A stretch of 64,000 bases of DNA from an uncultured Planctomycetota bacterium. GTDB lineage: Bacteria; Planctomycetota; Planctomycetia; Gemmatales; Gemmataceae. Under the pieces are notes generated by a model that worked only from the letters and a program-made list of their open reading frames with translations, ran no database searches and was not told where the DNA came from. Where the stretch lies: positions 384,001 through 448,000 of the forward strand of contig CAWKHF010000005.1 in NCBI GenBank assembly GCA_963849325.1, given 5' to 3'. The translations under genes were made by a program, and so were the position numbers. Of the stretch, positions 58,589 through 64,000 are shown piece by piece (the first letter of the stretch is position 1; each line of letters starts with the position of its first letter).

Positions 58589-60287
58589 GTGAAGCGTTCC
58601 TCAATTGTGCTGCTGGTTGGCGTTTGGTTACTGCTGGTTGGATCGGTGGTCCGGGCGGAGACGCCCGCGGAGGCGGCGGGGCCAACGGCCCCAGCCGAAG
58701 CGCCCAAGACCGAACCGCCCAAGACCGATTCGGGCGACACGGCCTGGATGCTGACGTCCACCGGCCTGGTCATGCTCATGGTGCCCGGCCTGGCCCTGTT
58801 CTACGGCGGCATGGTCCGCCGCAAGAACGTCCTGGGCACGATGATGCACAGCATGGTCGCCCTGGCCATCATCGGCATCCAGTGGGTGCTGTTCGGCTAC
58901 GCCCTGGCCTTCGGCGACACGCACGGCGGCTGGATCGGCTGGAGTTCCTCGTTGCTCGGTCTGCAGGGCGTCGCTTCCGGCGATCCCTTCCCCGGCACGA
59001 ACATCCCCATCTTCGTCCACTGCATGTACCAGGGCATGTTCGCCATCATCACGCCGGCCCTCATCAGCGGCGCCCTGGCCGAGCGCATCCGCTTCGGGCC
59101 GTACTGCCTGTTCATCCTGCTGTGGGCGACGCTGGTCTATGATCCGCTGGCCCATTGGGTCTGGGCGGTCGACGCCGACGGCAAGCCGGCCGGCTGGCTG
59201 GGCGGCAGATGGGGCGCTCGACTTCGCCGGCGGCACGGTGGTCCACATCGCGGCCGGCTTCTCCGGCCTGGCCGCCATCCTCGTGCTGCGCAAGCGGCTC
59301 GGCTATCCCGAGCACGCCATGCACCCCAACAGCATGGTGCTGACGCTGACCGGCGCCGGCCTGCTGTGGTTCGGCTGGTTCGGCTTCAACGGCGGCAGCG
59401 CCCTGGGCGCCAATCCGCTGGCCGGCTCGGCCCTGACCGCCACGCAGATCGCCGCCGCCGCCGCCGGCGCTGAGCTGGATGCTCGCCGAGTGGGCCGCAT
59501 CGCGGCAAGCCGACCGCCCTGGGCCTGGCCTCCGGCCTCGTCGCCGGCCTGGTCGCCGTGACGCCGGCCTCCGGCTTCGTCCCGCCGCTCGGCGCCCTGT
59601 CCATCGGCCTGCTCGCCGGCGTCGTCTGCTACGTCGTCGTCTGCCTCAAGCCCTTCTTCAAGTACGACGACTCGCTCGATGCCTTCGGCGTCCACGGCGT
59701 CGGCGGCTTCCTCGGCGCCCTGCTGACGGGCGTGTTCTGCGTCAAGGCCATCAACGCCGGACAACGGCGGCCGACTGCCAGGCTGCTCGAGCAGTTCAAG
59801 ACCCAGGGCGTGGCCGCCGTCGTCGCCGTCGGCTTCGCCTTCGTCGTCACCTTCGTCCTGGTCAAGGCTATCGATGCGATCTGGGGCTTCTGCCTGGAAC
59901 CACAGGCGGAGAACGAGGGTCTGGACCGCAACCAGCACGGCGAGGTCGGCTTCGACCTCGAGCCTGGCCTACGAGCAGGTCCCCGAGACGCCGCCGCACG
60001 AGCCGCGGCCGGCCACGGTGCCGCCCAACGGCCAGCGGCGCTTCACCGTCGTCGTCGACGGCGCCCAGCACCGGCGATCTGATTCACACCTGGTCGGAGC
60101 TGTGCCAGAGCGGGCCGCAACCGGCCGCCGGCCGAGTTCCGGGCCGTCTACCCCTTCGTCACCACGGTCCAGGGCAACCGCTTCCACTTCCGCGGCGGCG
60201 ACCCGGCGACCATGCAGCGCCAACCTCGCGCGCCTGTTCGAGGGCCGCTTCAGCGGTCGCAAGATCCAGGCGCGCGTCGAAAGTTGA
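58589..60287 (+). CDS. amtB: Ammonium transporter with extra C-terminal domain (frameshifted)
   Basis: GDTAWML, FYGGMVR, DFAGGTVVH, WFGWFGFNGGS, DDSLDAFGVHG, GLDRNQHGE. Confidence 0.93.
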
Positions 60288-60386
60288 TTACTTTCCCACT
60301 GGGCGAGCGGGGGCGTCAGCCCCCTGTTGCGCCAACAGGGGGCTGACGCCCTCCGCTCGCCTCCTCTCTGCAAGGATATCGAACGG

Positions 60387-60740
60387 ATGAAACTGATCGT
60401 CGCCATCATCCGCCCCGAAAGACTGGAGGCGGTGCAGAAGGCCCTCAACGAGCACGACGTCTACCTGATGACCGTCAGCGACGTGCGCGGCTGCGGCCGG
60501 CAGCGCGGCTACACCGAGGTGTATCGCGGCACCGAGTTCCAGGTGCGGCTGCTGCCCAAGCTGAAACTGGAGATCGCCGTCAACGACGCCTTCGTCGAGG
60601 CCGCCGTCGAGGCCATCGTCCACGCCGCCCGCACGCCCGAGACCGGCCAGGTCGGCGACGGCAAAATCTTCGTCCTGCCGCTGGAAGACTGCGTCCGCAT
60701 CCGCACCGGCGAGCGCGGCAGCGAGGCCATCGGACCGTGA
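60387..60740 (+). CDS. glnK: P-II nitrogen regulatory protein
   Basis: AIIRPE, GCGRQRG, YRGTEF, GDGKIFV, RIRTGE; adjacent to amtB. Confidence 0.93.
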   Translation: MKLIVAIIRPERLEAVQKALNEHDVYLMTVSDVRGCGRQRGYTEVYRGTEFQVRLLPKLKLEIAVNDAFVEAAVEAIVHAARTPETGQVGDGKIFVLPLEDCVRIRTGERGSEAIGP

Positions 60741-60925
60741 GCGGGCCAAGCCTTCCGAGCCTGAAGCGTAAGCGAAGGGCTTTCTTCGCTTACGCTTCAG
60801 GCTCGGATCGAAGCCGCAAGCGGCCGTCCCCTACCCGCGATCCCTCTTCCCCCTAGGATTAGGGGGATGTTTTCTCTCGGAAGGAATCCTCCTCTCCACT
60901 TGAAAGGTGTCCGAGTACCAAAGCC

Positions 60926-63110
60926 ATGAGTCACACGAACCTTCGCCAGGCGGCCCTGCGGGCCGTCGCCAGTACCGAGTATCAGCTGCAACGGGTCAAC
61001 TTCACGGAAACGCACATGAAGGACCTGTATGGAGAAAACGTCTTCAGCGAGGCCGTGCAGCGCGAACGGTTGCCCAAGCCGGTCTTCAAGGCGCTCCAGA
61101 AGACCATCAAGCAGGGCGCGCCATTGGACCCGGCCATCGCCGATACGGTGGCCGCCGCCATGAAGGACTGGGCCATCGAGCACGGCGCCACCCACTTCAC
61201 GCACCAGTTCCAGCCGATGACCGGCCTGACCGCCGAGAAGCACGACAGCTTCATGGCGCCGACCGGCGACGGCCGCGCCATCCTCGAATTTTCCGGCAAG
61301 GAGCTGGTGCGCGGCGAACCGGACGCTTCGTCGTTCCCTTCCGGCGGCATCCGCGCCACCTTCGAGGCGCGCGGCTACACCGCCTGGGACCCGACCAGTC
61401 CCGCTTACATCCTCGAAAGCCCCAACGGCGCCACCCTGGTCATTCCCACCGCCTTCCTCAGCTGGACCGGCGAAGCCCTCGACAAGAAGACGCCGTTGTT
61501 GCGCTCGATGGAAGCGCTGTCCAACCAGGCGCTGCGCATCCTGCGCCTGTTCGGCAACAACGAGGCCCACAAGGTCTTCACCACCGTCGGGCCGGAGCAG
61601 GAATACTTCCTCATCGATAAGAACTTCTACTACGCCCGGCCCGACCTGATCAACGCCGGCCGCACGCTGTTCGGCACGACGCCTCCCAAGGGTCAGGAGA
61701 TGGAGGACCAGTATTTCGGCCACATCCCCGAGCGCGTCATCGCCTGCATGGCCGACTGCGAGGCGCAGCTGTTCAAGCTCGCCGTGCCGGTCAAGACGCG
61801 GCACAACGAGGTGGCGCCCAGCCAGTATGAGATCGCGCCGATCTTCGAGGACTCCAACCTCGCCACCGACCACCAGATGCTCGTCATGGAGGTGATGCGC
61901 AAGACGGCGCCGAAGTACGGCCTGGCGTGTCTTCTGCACGAGAAGCCGTTCGCCGGCATCAATGGCTCGGGCAAGCACAACAACTGGTCGATGTCCACCG
62001 ACACCGGCGAAAACCTGCTCAACCCCGGCGACACGCCGCACGACAACGCGCAGTTTTTGGTCTTCTGCGTGGCCGTGCTCCGCGCCGTGGCCAAGTATCC
62101 CGAACTACTGCGCGTCAGCGTCGCCGGCGCGCACAACGACCATCGCCTCGGCGCCAACGAGGCGCCGCCGGCCATTATCTCCGTGTTCCTCGGCGATCAG
62201 CTGCAAGACGTGATCGATCAGCTCGAAAAGGGAGCGGCCAAGTCCACGAAGCAGGGTGGCCACATGGAGATCGGCGTCAGCGTGCTGCCCAAGCTGCCGC
62301 GCGACGCCGGCGACCGCAATCGCACCAGTCCGTTCGCCTTCACCGGCAACAAATTCGAGTTCCGCGCCGTCGGCGGCTCGCAGTCGATCGCCGGACCCAA
62401 CACGGTGCTCAACACCATCGTCGCCGAATCGCTCGATTACATCGCCACCAACCTGGAGAAGGCCAAGGGACAGGGCAAGGACATCAACAAGGCCATCCAG
62501 GACCTGCTGCCGGTCCTCATCAAGGAGAGCAAGAAGGTCATCTTCAACGGCGATAATTACACTCCGGAATGGCATCAAGAGGCCGAGAAGCGCGGCCTGC
62601 CCAACCTGCGCAATACGGTGGACGCCCTGCCGGTCATTCTCCGCAAGGACACCATCGAGTTGTTCGCGAAATATCGCGTCTACAGCGAGCGCGAGTTGCA
62701 CAGCCGCTTAGCCATCCTGGGCGAGAATTACGTCAAGACGGTCAACATCGAGGCGCGTCTGACGAGCATGATGGCGCGGACGATGATCCTGCCGGCGGCG
62801 CTGCGCTACCAGGGCGAGGTGGCTGGCGCCGTCAACGCCACCAAGACGGCCGGCGCCGACAACAGCGCCCAGGTCGATCTGCTCAAGAGTCTGACGGCGA
62901 CCATCACCGAGTTCCAGAAGGCGACCGGCGCTGGACCAGGCGCTGGCGCACCATGCCGAGGGCGACATACTCGCCCACGCCAAGTATTTCCGCGATAGCA
63001 TCCTGCCGTCGATGGCCGCCGTCCGCGCCCTGGGCGACAAGCTGGAGACGATGGTCGCCGACGATCTGTGGCCGCTGCCGACCTACCGCGAGATGCTGTT
63101 CATGAAGTGA
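60926..63110 (+). CDS. glnN: Glutamine synthetase type III (frameshift ~62928)
   Basis: [62 protein letters not shown]. Confidence 0.95.
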
Positions 63111-63119
63111 TTTGTATTA

Positions 63120-63156
63120 CGGAGTGGTCGTGACGCCGCGTGTCACGGCCACTCCG
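63120..63156. terminator. Hairpin between convergent genes
   Basis: CGGAGTGGTCGTGAC...GTCACGGCCACTCCG. Confidence 0.55.
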
Positions 63157-63181
63157 AATCTGTCCGAGGATGCTGCTGGCA

Positions 63182-64000
63182 TTACTGCTTCGCTTGGATG
63201 GTCAGCGTACCGTTGGTGTCGCCGCCATCGACGAACGAGCCGCCGGCATCGTGATAGGAAACCTTGATGGTGTAGGTGCCGACTGCCAGACCCTTGGGCA
63301 CGGTGAAGTTGGCCGAGGCGCTGCCGTTGCTCACGGTCCCTTGCACGGCGTTGCCCACCGGAACGTAGCTGCCGTCGTTTAGATGCTTGAGTACCGTGAA
63401 GGTCACCGTACCTTCGGAGACTGCCGGGCTGACGGCGGCGGTGAGCGTCACTGACTGGTCGCTGCTGCTGAAATTGGCACTGACGTTGCTGGCTGTGGTC
63501 GTGACGGGGGCGATGGTCAACGTGCCGCTGGTGTCGCCGCCATCGACGAACGAGCCGCCGGCATCGCTGTAGGACACCTTGATGGTGTACGTGCCGACCG
63601 CCAGGCCGCTCGGCACGGTGAAGCTGGCCGAGGCGCTGCCGTTGCTCACGGTGCCTTGCACGGCGTTGCCCACCGGAACGTAGCTGCCGTCGTTTAGATG
63701 CTTGAGTACCGTGAAGGTCACCGTGCCTTCGGAGATCGCCGGGTTGACGGCGGCGGTGAGCGTCACCGTTTGCGTGCTTTTGCTGAACGGAGTGGTGACG
63801 TTGCCGGCCGTGGTCGTGACGGGGGCGATGGTCAACGTGCCGCTGGTGTCGCCGCCATCGACGAACGAGCCGCTGGCGTCGCTGTAGGACACCTTGATGG
63901 TGTAGACGCCGACTGCCAGACCCTTGGGCACGGTGAAGTTGGCCGAGGCGCTGCCGTTGCTCACGGTGCCTTGCACGGCGTTGCCCACCGGAACGTAGCT
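63182..64000 (-). CDS. 3' end of a large surface protein with near-identical 105-aa Ig-like repeats
   Basis: 315-bp tandem units encoding VTLTAAV..EGTVTF..YTIKVSY..GTLTI. Confidence 0.85.
   Translation of the reverse strand, partial: SYVPVGNAVQGTVSNGSASANFTVPKGLAVGVYTIKVSYSDASGSFVDGGDTSGTLTIAPVTTTAGNVTTPFSKSTQTVTLTAAVNPAISEGTVTFTVLKHLNDGSYVPVGNAVQGTVSNGSASASFTVPSGLAVGTYTIKVSYSDAGGSFVDGGDTSGTLTIAPVTTTASNVSANFSSSDQSVTLTAAVSPAVSEGTVTFTVLKHLNDGSYVPVGNAVQGTVSNGSASANFTVPKGLAVGTYTIKVSYHDAGGSFVDGGDTNGTLTIQAKQ

Overview
GC-rich bacterial DNA, most likely Planctomycetota (Gemmataceae-like). This is inferred from DUF4058 and Uma2 proteins, a giant Ser/Thr kinase-WD40-TPR gene and Zn-ribbon membrane proteins. 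Most long genes carry single-base frameshifts even in conserved housekeeping genes, which suggests an unpolished long-read assembly, so coordinates of frameshifted genes are reconstructed. Backbone genes: hybrid histidine kinase, ruvCAB, moaA, OPT transporter, S46 peptidase, apbE with an FGE-like protein and two Tat oxidoreductases, acyl-CoA dehydrogenase, suhB-like, GH30, an osmoprotectant ABC transporter, sigma54-preceded amtB-glnK-GSIII, and a partial Ig-repeat surface protein. Accessory elements: an IS4-family element, three type II TA modules and many intergenic palindromes. A ~17 kb region between two different intact tRNA-Cys genes holds a decayed integrative element (integrase and DUF3987 remnants, a type I RM locus, a PLD-like unknown) plus a cluster of uncharacterised exported or membrane proteins. 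Best candidates for undescribed systems: (i) a kinase-WD40-TPR protein with an N-terminal HEPN-like (RxxxxxH) domain; (ii) an ApbE/FGE-like/Tat-oxidoreductase cluster with a candidate non-canonical flavinylation motif; (iii) the TPR, Zn-TM-Ppx-like and Zn-TM-trypsin-HEAT cluster; (iv) the PLD-like gene behind the RM locus; (v) an AmtB with an extra C-terminal domain.
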